DNA of 64,000 nt, from assembly GCA_963721685.1 (NCBI GenBank), contig CAVRJJ010000001.1, positions 212,170 through 276,169 of the forward strand. Reading direction: 5' to 3'. Below the pieces are notes generated by a model. The model saw only the letters and a program-made list of their open reading frames with translations. It was not told the DNA's origin and ran no database searches. The position numbers and the translations under genes are program-made. The DNA is from an uncultured bacterium (GTDB lineage: Bacteria; Patescibacteriota; Saccharimonadia; UBA4664; SCTI01). This document shows positions 1 to 8,432 of the stretch, piece by piece. Every line of letters begins with the position of its first letter. The first letter of the stretch is position 1.

Positions 1-290
1 GCATTCACCGATACCGACTTGCACGAACATTTAAAGGATCGTGAGATCAAAACCATTATTGTGGTAGGCGGCTATGGTTCTACTTGTGTACTTGCGACGG
101 CACTTATGGGTCAGATGTTTATGGTTATAACGTCTTCGTGCCAAAAGACTTGACCGCTGATTTAGACTCTGCTGATCCACGGGAAGATCCCTCGTCTCTG
201 TCCGGGAGTATTGAAGGCATTTGGATTAGTTTTTGGTTATACCCCGGAGTCTCCTGCAATTGCAAATACTTGGAAGGAAGCCGCTTCTAA
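1..290 (+). pseudogene. 3' fragment of an isochorismatase/cysteine-hydrolase-family gene (5' end outside window); frame switches from frame 1 (1..153) to frame 3 (84..290) at a GGG run near 108-112
   Basis: Frame-1 translation ...HLKDREIKTIIVVGGYGSTCVLATA fits the isochorismatase-like core (I.TLVV.G.....CV..TA). The downstream GY.V.V..D..A motif (SDVYGYNVFVPKDLTA) lies in the other frame. One extra G would join them. Confidence 0.3.
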
Positions 291-318
291 AATGTAGGTT
301 TAATTCTCGGTATAGGCG

Positions 319-348
319 TTTGCATTTATCGTCCTAATATGATATTAT
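319..348 (+). promoter_or_regulatory. sigma70-type promoter with extended -10 (TTTGCA/TTGCAT at 319..325, TGaTATTAT at 340..348) upstream of high-GC ORF 391..909
   Basis: Spacer of 17-18 nt. The TGn extended -10 is directly visible. A GGGAGAG RBS follows, 7 nt before the ATG. Confidence 0.4.
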
Positions 349-390
349 ATCGAAATCCGTTAACCACCCTCGTTCCTTAGGGAGAGTGCC

Positions 391-909
391 ATGCCCAATC
401 GACCCGAACGCCTCTGGATGTTGATGGACGTCACCGAACTGCCGCCTACGGCGGATCTGCCGACCTCGGACGCCGAGACCCGCTTCTTCAAGGGCGACAT
501 CGATGACCTGATGGCCTCTACTGGCTGGCTCACCGAGGATGACCTCATGGTCTTCCTTGAGAGCTACGACCAGCAGACTGGTCTCGACAACGAGACCGTC
601 GCGGCCAAGATGTTCAAGGCGTTCATGCGGTTCAACGACCGCGCAGCGACGCACAGTCCCGGCATGTCGTATGAGTTCCGCGAAGTCGTCGAAGACGAGC
701 GGGTTGCTCGGGGTCTGTCCGCAAGCCCGCGCTACGTGACAACCCGGCTGACCGTCAACACCGAGACCGAGTCGATCGCACGCGCGAGCGTCATCGACCT
801 CAGTCTCCAGCTCTCGGCAGTGGCCTGCTGGGTGCCGGACGGCAAGGCCGAGTACGCCAGGATCCTCCGCGACTGGGCGATCAGCCTCGAAGAGAAGGCT
901 GCCGTCTAG
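391..909 (+). CDS. hypothetical protein; foreign-composition (about 63% GC, very high GC3) ORF, cassette 1
   Basis: 172-aa ORF with a strong third-position G/C bias (ccc aat cga ccc gaa cgc ctc ...), unlike the flanking AT-rich host DNA. It has its own promoter, RBS and terminator hairpins. I recognise no protein family. Confidence 0.6.
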   Translation: MPNRPERLWMLMDVTELPPTADLPTSDAETRFFKGDIDDLMASTGWLTEDDLMVFLESYDQQTGLDNETVAAKMFKAFMRFNDRAATHSPGMSYEFREVVEDERVARGLSASPRYVTTRLTVNTETESIARASVIDLSLQLSAVACWVPDGKAEYARILRDWAISLEEKAAV

Positions 910-923
910 GCACATCACGTTCG

Positions 924-985
924 GACAGGCTCTCAGCATACCGGAGAGCCTGTCACAGCCCCGCGAGGCAGAGCCCTGCGGGGCT
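924..985 (+). terminator. two consecutive GC-rich hairpins (GACAGGCTCTC-loop-GAGAGCCTGTC at 924..954; AGCCCCGC-loop-GCGGGGCT at 957..985) 3' of ORF 391..909
   Basis: Perfect 11-bp and 8-bp inverted repeats are seen directly. No clear U-tract follows, so they may act as a terminator or an RNA-stability element. Confidence 0.4.
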
Positions 986-1005
986 AAATCATGCCATGGG
1001 CGTAT

Positions 1006-1047
1006 ACATAATTTGTTCGGATAACGTCCCATAGCCCCAGCCATACA
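1006..1047. repeat. conserved 42-bp junction motif ACATAATTTGTTCGGATAACGTCCCATAGCCCCAGCCATACA (copy 1)
   Basis: Near-identical copy at 3951..3992 (ACATAAATTGTTCGGATAACGTCCCATAACCCCAGCCATATA), 39/42 nt identical. Both lie immediately 3' of a high-GC cassette hairpin. Confidence 0.8.
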
Positions 1048-1144
1048 TTTTACATCTGTTAATATTTTTAGGGTAAGTGGGATTGCACAACTCTTTTACG
1101 ATTTCTAGTGAATATTTGTCTGGCCTACAGGTTATACTACATTA

Positions 1145-3235
1145 ATGATTCATAATAAATGGTTTCGCATATTGCTCCCATCAATACTTATAATTCTATG
1201 GCTGGGCTTAGGCTCGGCCGGTGGCCCTATCTTTGGCAAAATTTCTGAAGTCTCAACAAATGATCAAGCTGCATTCCTACCTGCTTCTGCAGAATCTACA
1301 CAGGTGCAGAAACTGCAAAGTAAATTCAATAATGGTCAGGCAATACCTGCAATCGTCATATTTGAATTTGATGAGCAGATAAATCCTGCTGAACTCCCAA
1401 CTTTTAATGCGCTTGGTGAAAAACTGAAAGTAGATGGCATTCAGCAAGTTATAGGTCCAATTCCATCAGATGATTTGATGGCGCTTGAATATATTGCCCC
1501 AGTGTCTAATGATAGCGTACTAAAAACAGTCATTAATGATTTACGCCAAGCTGCTGATAATAATTCACCAGACGGCGCAAAGACATTTGTTACAGGACCA
1601 GCAGGCTTAAGTGCGGACTTGTCTAAAGCATTTGAAGGTATCGACGGAATTTTGTTGGTAGTTGCCTTAGGTGCCGTGTTTATAATCTTGCTACTGGTAT
1701 ATCGTTCATTACTATTGCCTTTTCTCGTTTTGATCAATGCAATGCTCGCACTGTGTGCTGCAATCATTACGGTTTATTTGTTAGCCAAATACAACTTGAT
1801 TGAGCTAAATGGTCAAAGTCAGGGTATATTATCGATTCTCGTAATTGGTGCCGCTACTGATTACTCACTACTGCTTGTGTCCCGCTATAAGGAAGCGTTG
1901 AGCCGCACTAATGATAAATGGGAAACTATCGCATTTGGTATAAAAAGCTCGTTTGAACCGATTCTAGCATCAGCCGCAACAGTTGTTCTAGCACTACTTT
2001 GTCTATTGTTCTCGGATTTAAATTCAAACAAAAGTCTCGGCCCGATTGCTGCCACAGGGATAGCATTCTCGCTATTGGCAACACTCACATTCTTACCTGC
2101 TCTTCTTGCTACTTTTGGCAAAACAGCATTTTGGCCGAGTAAAATTGCCCAACCGGAGAATAAAAAGGCGGTAGCAATCAAGACAGGCCGTGAAGAACTT
2201 TCGGGTATTTGGAACAGGGTTGGAGGTTTAATAACAACTAATGCTCGTACTACATGGATCGTAATAACCGTACTACTGACGATGGCATCGCTCGGCCTCT
2301 TACAGCTAAGGGCTAGCGGAGTACCCCAGTCAGAATTAATTTTGTCACAATCAAACGCAGCCGATGGCCAAAAAGCAATCGCCCGTCACTTCGATGCCGG
2401 ATCTGGCGCCCCGGTAATTATTGCTAGCTCGCAAGCGTCTCAAAAGGGAGTAGTTAATATTCTTGAAACAAATGATAAATTAGCGATGCTCACGGCCTAC
2501 AGCGATCGTGGTCAAACTAATAACCTCAATGAGGCAAAAGTGATCGAAGGCAAAGTATTACTGAGTGCTACATTAAAAGAAGACCCGTACTCGGAGCAGG
2601 CCAGGTCGACTATTTTGTCGCTAAGAGATGAATTGAACCAAGTCGCTAGTGCTCAAGTTGGAGGTACTACTGCTATTGCAGCCGACACGAGCATTACCGC
2701 ACAACGTGATCTGAAATTAGTCGTACCATTAGTACTGCTCGTCATCTTTATAGTTTTAGCACTGCTGCTTCGGGCATTGCTTGCGCCTCTTATTTTGATT
2801 ATGACTGTAGTACTGAGTTTCGCCGCAACATTGGGCGTTTCTGCACTCATATTCAATAATATTTTAGAATTTCCGGGCGCTGACGCAACGGTACCTCTTT
2901 TCGGTTTTGTATTCTTGGTTGCATTAGGTGTAGATTACAATATTTTCTTAGTATCTCGTATAAGAGAGGAGACTTTTAAGTACGGTACACGTGCAGCGAC
3001 GCTCCATAGCTTAGGCAAAACTGGTGGAGTCATAACATCTGCAGGAGTAGTACTGGCCGCGACATTTGCCGCTCTTGGGATTATCCCGATTCTCTTTCTG
3101 GCGCAAATAGCATTTATAGTAGCCTTTGGCGTATTACTAGATACGGTTATCGTTCGGTCATTATTAGTACCGGCCTTATTTACAGATTTGGGCTCAAAAG
3201 TATGGTGGCCATCAATAATTTCTAAAGAAAAATAA
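1145..3235 (+). CDS. MMPL-family (RND superfamily) membrane transporter
   Basis: 696 aa, two blocks of about 6 TM helices separated by soluble domains, a typical MMPL layout. The gene is about 40% GC, lower than the rest of the window. Confidence 0.8.
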   Translation: MIHNKWFRILLPSILIILWLGLGSAGGPIFGKISEVSTNDQAAFLPASAESTQVQKLQSKFNNGQAIPAIVIFEFDEQINPAELPTFNALGEKLKVDGIQQVIGPIPSDDLMALEYIAPVSNDSVLKTVINDLRQAADNNSPDGAKTFVTGPAGLSADLSKAFEGIDGILLVVALGAVFIILLLVYRSLLLPFLVLINAMLALCAAIITVYLLAKYNLIELNGQSQGILSILVIGAATDYSLLLVSRYKEALSRTNDKWETIAFGIKSSFEPILASAATVVLALLCLLFSDLNSNKSLGPIAATGIAFSLLATLTFLPALLATFGKTAFWPSKIAQPENKKAVAIKTGREELSGIWNRVGGLITTNARTTWIVITVLLTMASLGLLQLRASGVPQSELILSQSNAADGQKAIARHFDAGSGAPVIIASSQASQKGVVNILETNDKLAMLTAYSDRGQTNNLNEAKVIEGKVLLSATLKEDPYSEQARSTILSLRDELNQVASAQVGGTTAIAADTSITAQRDLKLVVPLVLLVIFIVLALLLRALLAPLILIMTVVLSFAATLGVSALIFNNILEFPGADATVPLFGFVFLVALGVDYNIFLVSRIREETFKYGTRAATLHSLGKTGGVITSAGVVLAATFAALGIIPILFLAQIAFIVAFGVLLDTVIVRSLLVPALFTDLGSKVWWPSIISKEK

Positions 3236-3311
3236 ACACATAAGCTTAAAGTTTTATTGACTGAAATTAACAAATTCGGTTCTAACATCGTCTATGATAC
3301 TCAGCCAAGTA

Positions 3312-3340
3312 TTGACAGACCAATTGGCTTATGGTATTAT
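3312..3340 (+). promoter_or_regulatory. consensus sigma70-type promoter TTGACA(3312..3317)-N17-TGgTATTAT(3332..3340) upstream of high-GC ORF 3478..3864
   Basis: Perfect -35, 17-nt spacer and extended -10. The -10 overlaps the motif TATTATATATCGATCCG, which resembles TATTATATCGAAATCCG at 343..359. Confidence 0.45.
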
Positions 3341-3477
3341 ATATCGATCCGCCGCATGCAGTACTTATGTTGCTTGCGATAGCGGGGCTCATATTGAAGG
3401 TTAATGATATTGAGTGGTAGCAGTACTTCGGAAGGACCGCGGCGGAAACCGCAAACAACAACCGAAGGGAGTCCACC

Positions 3478-3864
3478 ATGGACACCAAGACCACGAAGAT
3501 CAGCAGCATCACAGGCGGGCGCAGTGCGACCGAAGAGACCACGAACATCACCGGGGTCATCATGGAGCACAGCGTTTCGGACGTGACGTTCAAGGACGTC
3601 ATCGGCCGGAGCATGCCCGACTGGCTAAACAAGCACGGCAAGGTGACGGTGACCGTTCGCGAGAACGGCGACCACAACCTCGTTGTGCTTGAGCTGGAAC
3701 TGACAGACATCAGGCTGTTGACGGAAGACGGCTGGAACAACTCCTTCAGCTATCGCGCGATTGTGCGCGGTGGCCCAAGGGACCGTATCGGCCAAACCGT
3801 CGACGGCAAGATCATCATGCAGTCAGCCGGAGGAACGTCCTTCGGCAACCTGCACGCGGCCTAG
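3478..3864 (+). CDS. hypothetical protein; foreign-composition high-GC/high-GC3 ORF, cassette 2
   Basis: 128-aa ORF with almost every codon ending in G/C, and AGGGAG-like RBS (GAAGGGAG) 8 nt upstream. No family recognised. Confidence 0.6.
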   Translation: MDTKTTKISSITGGRSATEETTNITGVIMEHSVSDVTFKDVIGRSMPDWLNKHGKVTVTVRENGDHNLVVLELELTDIRLLTEDGWNNSFSYRAIVRGGPRDRIGQTVDGKIIMQSAGGTSFGNLHAA

Positions 3865-3913
3865 CCGCAACCGCCCCCGGTTAGGGGATGAGCTCCGCAC
3901 CTACAAGATGAAG

Positions 3914-3948
3914 GAGACGTCCCCGGCAACGGGGGCGTCTCTCTTTCT
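3914..3948 (+). terminator. rho-independent-like terminator: GAGACGTCCCCG-GCAA-CGGGGGCGTCTC followed by TCTTTCT
   Basis: 12-bp stem with one mismatch and a GNRA-like loop, followed by a T-rich tract. Confidence 0.5.
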
Positions 3949-3950
3949 AC

Positions 3951-3992
3951 ACATAAATTGTTCGGATAACGTCCCATAACCCCAGCCATATA
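3951..3992. repeat. conserved 42-bp junction motif (copy 2)
   Basis: See 1006..1047. Confidence 0.8.
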
Positions 3993-4131
3993 GTTTTTGC
4001 TCAATATACATATTAAAATTTTCTTTCCCTCGCCTAAGGCATAACCGCTATTTTCTGTTGTTATGCTCGCTCCGGTTGGCTAAGCATATGCACTATACTG
4101 AACAAGTATCAAAATTTAAGGGAGAGTATAT

Positions 4132-5070
4132 ATGCATAGATTTATAGCAAAGCTAGCAACCACAGGAATAATAGTAGGGGCGCTGGCAGCACCAGCCATG
4201 GCCGCTAACTCAACAGTTGTTGTGACGCCTGCCAACTTGCAAGGATGGGCGCTCAACCGTGATGCCTCAACCTCGACACCGTATGAGTTTACCGAAGCAA
4301 AAGCCAGCATCGGCAACGGCAGTGTTTATGTGAAGCCAATCGGTGGTACCGTTGCGAAAGATAAGTTTATTGCTGAAAAGACATTAGGTTCACTCGCTTC
4401 AGAATTAAATTCTGTTGCATATGACTTTCTGATTGCCGGAAATGGAACAACCGCTAGTGCCAATCATTTTTACCTAAATGTGTACACCAATCTACCCGGA
4501 TCATCTACGTTCTATGATTGCCGATTTGATTACGTACCAACAGCAGGATCGACCTCTGCGTTCACTACCGCATCCTTCACGTCAACTTCAGCCGCGACAG
4601 CCGTAGGTGACCGAGCAGAAGATGGTTTTACCTGTCCTACTACTTGGGGCGCCATGCAGGCAGGAAGCACCATTAAGTTCATTGCGGTAAATGTGGGCGA
4701 CACCTCCCTGAGCGATGCAGGATTGGCTGGTTACCTAGACAAGGCCGTTATCAACTCAGGCGGTAACGTGACTACTTATGATTTCGAGCTAAGGAATGTC
4801 CCAACTAATGCTAACCAGTGTAAGAATGGCGGCTTCGCTAGCCTCACCAACAATAATGGTGTAGTTTTCAAAAACCAGGGCCAGTGCGTACAGTTCGTAA
4901 ACTCAAACCGATGGAGTAACTTCAATATTGTTTCGGTATTCAATACCGTAGTTCAGAAGGCAACATCGGGGAATGCCAACTCGTCATCCAACACTGTTGG
5001 CGGCAGCGCTACGAGCGGCAATGTTTCAAATACCAATAGCACCACAACAACTGTTAAAATCAAAAACTAA
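4132..5070 (+). CDS. secreted Ser/Thr/Asn-rich protein of unknown function with N-terminal signal peptide
   Basis: N-terminus MHRFIAKLATTGIIVGALAAPAMA-ANS is signal-peptide-like, the RBS is GGGAGAG, and a clean terminator follows. Confidence 0.55.
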   Translation: MHRFIAKLATTGIIVGALAAPAMAANSTVVVTPANLQGWALNRDASTSTPYEFTEAKASIGNGSVYVKPIGGTVAKDKFIAEKTLGSLASELNSVAYDFLIAGNGTTASANHFYLNVYTNLPGSSTFYDCRFDYVPTAGSTSAFTTASFTSTSAATAVGDRAEDGFTCPTTWGAMQAGSTIKFIAVNVGDTSLSDAGLAGYLDKAVINSGGNVTTYDFELRNVPTNANQCKNGGFASLTNNNGVVFKNQGQCVQFVNSNRWSNFNIVSVFNTVVQKATSGNANSSSNTVGGSATSGNVSNTNSTTTTVKIKN

Positions 5071-5092
5071 CCACCCAAAACTTAAATAAAAG

Positions 5093-5118
5093 AAAAAGCC
5101 GGCATTGGTCGGCTTTTT
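5093..5118 (+). terminator. rho-independent terminator AAAAAGCCG-gcattggt-CGGCTTTTT
   Basis: Perfect 9-bp stem including an A-tract and U-tract, so it may act in both directions. Confidence 0.7.
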
Positions 5119-5188
5119 CGCTGTCAATATAATTATCATTTAAACTAGAACGCCTCGCCGGAGCGAGGGCTCTAGCGAGACGTGGGGA

Positions 5189-5677
5189 TCAGATGACCCC
5201 GACGAGTTCTTCGAGTTCATCAAGGGAGAGGGAGAGGCGGCCGATGAAGTCGTCCCCCTCAACGATGTACTGCGCGCAGAGGCACCTCAGCCAATTGCTG
5301 TGGCGAGTATTACCTCTCTTGAGCTCATCAATCCACTGCTCGGCCCTGGCGGCTTCGCGCCAAAGCCAGAACTCCCTGATCTCATGGTGGTAGGAACCGA
5401 TCTCCTCGGGCCTAATGCCGTAACCGAGCTTTCTGGCGTCAGAAAGACGCGAGAGCTCGGGATGGATTGTCCGCCCGTAAAGGACGAAGGCGTGTGGTTC
5501 CAGGTTGCCCTGACGGCACTCGGCCAACGCCTTCCTGGCTTCAGCCTTGGCCTCCTGCATCAGCTCAGTGTCTTCGATCTTGGGAACCTCGTAGGTGAGG
5601 GCCACCGAAGCCCAGCCCGCCCCAGTCCTGGCAAGCTTTTTAAGCGCGCGAAATCGGGGGCGATTTTGCAATCCCAT
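5189..5677 (-). CDS. hypothetical protein; high-GC/high-GC3 ORF
   Basis: 162 aa. The minus-strand frame has about 75% G/C at third positions, while the overlapping plus-strand ORFs lack this bias. A CAGGAGCG RBS precedes the ATG. Confidence 0.5.
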   Translation of the reverse strand: MGLQNRPRFRALKKLARTGAGWASVALTYEVPKIEDTELMQEAKAEARKALAECRQGNLEPHAFVLYGRTIHPELSRLSDARKLGYGIRPEEIGSYHHEIREFWLWREAARAEQWIDELKRGNTRHSNWLRCLCAQYIVEGDDFIGRLSLSLDELEELVGVI

Positions 5678-5802
5678 AGGTGTACGCTCCTGGTAGACGA
5701 TTGATGATCACTACAGAGTTTATTTATTAAAGCATAAAGTGAACAATAAGTCCAGTTTGTACATGATAGCAAGTATCAGCGTCAAGGCCTATACTCACTT
5801 AT

Positions 5803-6333
5803 ATGAAGAAGCCACTCATCGCCATACTTGCCGTAGGGATCATTGCTACTGGGGCTTACATTATGATAAGCACCAACGGCCCGCAGCCGGCTAAAGACCC
5901 TAAACCGGCGGTGGTTAAGACGCCGGTAGCTCCGGCGGCGCCGAAGGAAGTAACCATCCGCGCGGCGTTTATGATATTTACCAATGGAACCATTAGAATC
6001 TTTACCGATCCGAAGTACCATAGCCGCTCAGCCGATGTTTTTATCACGCCCGAAACACCTAATGTCTTGCTGGTAAAAAAGGCAGGCATAACCTGGCAGC
6101 AGTTTTTTGATACGCTGCCGGCCCCCATGAAAGTCAGCCAAGACTGTTTAATGACCGGTACCGGCCAGAGCTTCTGCAATGGAAGCGCTGGGACCCTGAG
6201 ATTTTACTTAAATGGCACAAAAGTTGACGATTTGCTAACACGGGAAATCAAGAGCGCCGACAAAGCCTTAATTAGTTACGGGCCAAATGAAGCCCAGCTT
6301 TCGGGACAGCTGCAAGCAATTCCGAATCCATAA
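5803..6333 (+). CDS. membrane-anchored/secreted hypothetical protein
   Basis: N-terminal hydrophobic segment followed by a Pro/Ala/Lys-rich linker. Confidence 0.45.
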   Translation: MKKPLIAILAVGIIATGAYIMISTNGPQPAKDPKPAVVKTPVAPAAPKEVTIRAAFMIFTNGTIRIFTDPKYHSRSADVFITPETPNVLLVKKAGITWQQFFDTLPAPMKVSQDCLMTGTGQSFCNGSAGTLRFYLNGTKVDDLLTREIKSADKALISYGPNEAQLSGQLQAIPNP

Positions 6334-6418
6334 GGGTTTAAATAGCCCGCTATATCTTCTGCATATTGACGAAAATGGTAGAGAAGCATAAGCTTTACGC
6401 AGGAGGAAACAGTTCCTA

Positions 6419-7009
6419 ATGGCTCATGTACTTATCAAACACACCCTGCTGATTGGCGCACTTTCCTTAACGGTTGTTGGCAGCGCTTTGGCCGAACCTA
6501 ATATTAAGGCCCAGGAAGCCCGCAACAGCCAGGTTGCCGCGCAAGATGCGGGGGAAGTTAAGCGCGCGGAAGCTAAACTTAAGTCCGCTGACGCCAAACT
6601 AAAAGCTTGTCAGAAGCGTGAAGCTACTATTAATAAGAAAATGCTGCAAATTGTGGCCCGCGGCGAGAGGCAAATAGCAATCTTTACCCAAATTGCCGAC
6701 CGCACCCAGGCTTTTTACACCGCAAAAGGCAAAACGCTTAGTAATTATGCTGAACTGGTTGCTGAGGTGGAAAATAGGAAAAATCGGGCGCAGTCGGCTT
6801 TGGATCAGATGAAGTCTCACAGCGGGACGTTTATCTGCGATGCAACCGACCCAAAGGCGGTGACCCTCCATTTTAAAGAAAGCTTAAAGCGCGAAATTGA
6901 AGCCTTAAAACTGTATAAGACAGCGGTTAAGAATTTAATTGTCGGTGTCAAAAGCGTGCAGGGAAGTACCGCTTCAACCGAGGGTACGTCTAGCGGGGCA
7001 AGGCCATGA
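6419..7009 (+). CDS. secreted coiled-coil protein, unknown function
   Basis: Signal peptide ending ..SALA-EP, an AGGAGG RBS, a Lys/Ala/Glu-rich heptad-like sequence, and a 4-nt ATGA overlap with the next gene. Confidence 0.5.
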   Translation: MAHVLIKHTLLIGALSLTVVGSALAEPNIKAQEARNSQVAAQDAGEVKRAEAKLKSADAKLKACQKREATINKKMLQIVARGERQIAIFTQIADRTQAFYTAKGKTLSNYAELVAEVENRKNRAQSALDQMKSHSGTFICDATDPKAVTLHFKESLKREIEALKLYKTAVKNLIVGVKSVQGSTASTEGTSSGARP

Positions 7010-7290
7010 AACTGCGCAAAGTTCAATCCGGGTTTGCCGGGCTTGAAATAATCTTGGTTGTGGTGGCCGTTGCCTTTATTGGGTACGTTGCCTACCAGGT
7101 ATACGACGCCAATCAAGCCGAGAATGCAATGGTAAACGAGAAAGCCAAGACAGCCGAGGAAAACATCATCGCTCCAAGCATTAATTCAACGAATGATCTA
7201 ACCACGGCTGAGCAGACATTGGATCATATTGATCCTGAGGCCATCAATACCGATAGCGCTGAGCTTGATAACGAGTTAGCTGCTTTTTAG
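7006..7290 (+). CDS. type IV pilin/pseudopilin-like protein (class III signal peptide)
   Basis: N-terminus ...QSG/FAGLEIILVVVAVAFIG fits the prepilin motif, with G-F at the cleavage site, E at +5 and a hydrophobic helix. Confidence 0.5.
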   Translation: MKLRKVQSGFAGLEIILVVVAVAFIGYVAYQVYDANQAENAMVNEKAKTAEENIIAPSINSTNDLTTAEQTLDHIDPEAINTDSAELDNELAAF

Positions 7291-7485
7291 CTTACGCTCC
7301 AAAGAATAATCTATCCTATTCTGCTAAAATAGTGGTTCTAACCAGGGGGAAGCAGGATGATGAGATACTGGCGGCTGTTCTTAATCTTTAAGGTTGTTAA
7401 GTGGTTATTGCGCCTGCGGAAGCGAGCCTAAATTACCCGCACACAGACGTTTGGCGCGAGTTTTTCTTCCCGCTACGCCCAGCAT

Positions 7486-8328
7486 TTGGGGGTGGATCCG
7501 CAAGCTTGCCTGATTGCCGCCTTAGACGATCTGGGCATCCGCCGCTTCCGTCTTATGGGGCCGTGGGATCTGATAGAGCCAAAACCAGGGAAATACGATT
7601 TTAAGGACCTCGATTGGCAAATGCAGCACGTTGCTAAACGGGGCGGGGAGGTCAGCTTAACCTTAGGGTTGCGCCAGCCGCACCATCCGGAGTGCCACCT
7701 GCCCCAGTGGGCACGCGAGCTGGCACATGATGCGTGGGAAGCGGCGCTGCTGGCGTTTATCAAAGTTGTTGTCAATCGTTATAAAGATAATAAAACGGTC
7801 GTTAGCTGGCAGCTGGAGAATGAAGCGTTAAACGATGATTTTGGCCAGTGTGTAGATTTCGATAAAGAGCGGTTGGAGAGGGAGCTGCAACTCGTCAAGC
7901 AACTGGATGATAGGCCGGTGATTATGAGCTTAAAGAACCATTGGAGTTGGTCGGCGCCCGGGCCGGTGCCAGACATCTATGCTACTTCGATTTATTTGCG
8001 AATTCACCACAAGGGAAAACTGCGGAACCACATTATACCGCCGTGGTATCAACGGCTGCGTGCCCAGTACTTTCAATTGCGATATAAGCGGCCGTTCTTT
8101 ATTCATGAACTCCAAGCCGAACCATGGTGCCCACGGGGAACCCAGCACGCACCAATTAAAGAGCAAGATTTGTCTATGAACCCCAAGCAGTTCCGCTATG
8201 CAATCTCCTATGCACTTCGCACTGGTATTACGCCTATCGATCTCTGGGGACTGGAATGGTGGTATTACCGTAAAATGTTGTTTGATGATCCGGCGATGTG
8301 GAAAGAGGCGCGGAAGGTGTTTAAGTAA
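7486..8328 (+). CDS. glycoside-hydrolase-like TIM-barrel protein (GH5/GH35/GH42-like), TTG start or 5'-truncated
   Basis: The WQLENE segment resembles the NEP catalytic-acid motif of GH clans. The frame is open from 7432 with no ATG before the TTG at 7486. Confidence 0.4.
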   Translation: MGVDPQACLIAALDDLGIRRFRLMGPWDLIEPKPGKYDFKDLDWQMQHVAKRGGEVSLTLGLRQPHHPECHLPQWARELAHDAWEAALLAFIKVVVNRYKDNKTVVSWQLENEALNDDFGQCVDFDKERLERELQLVKQLDDRPVIMSLKNHWSWSAPGPVPDIYATSIYLRIHHKGKLRNHIIPPWYQRLRAQYFQLRYKRPFFIHELQAEPWCPRGTQHAPIKEQDLSMNPKQFRYAISYALRTGITPIDLWGLEWWYYRKMLFDDPAMWKEARKVFK

Positions 8329-8432
8329 GGGGCAGGCAATAGGGTGTAAGCGAGGGCGGGCAGCCTGCCCACATACTTATACCGGGATAAGGAGTATACT
8401 GCTTTGCAGTAACCTAAAAAGATAGTACAGAC

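Noticed and set aside
334-1044. 236-aa minus-strand ORF spanning the whole high-GC cassette 1
   Set aside because: It is a mirror ORF typical of GC-rich DNA. Third-position G/C bias and the RBS support the plus-strand ORF 391..909. The same reasoning applies to 3282..3740 (-), 3404..3692 (+) and 5300..5704 (+).
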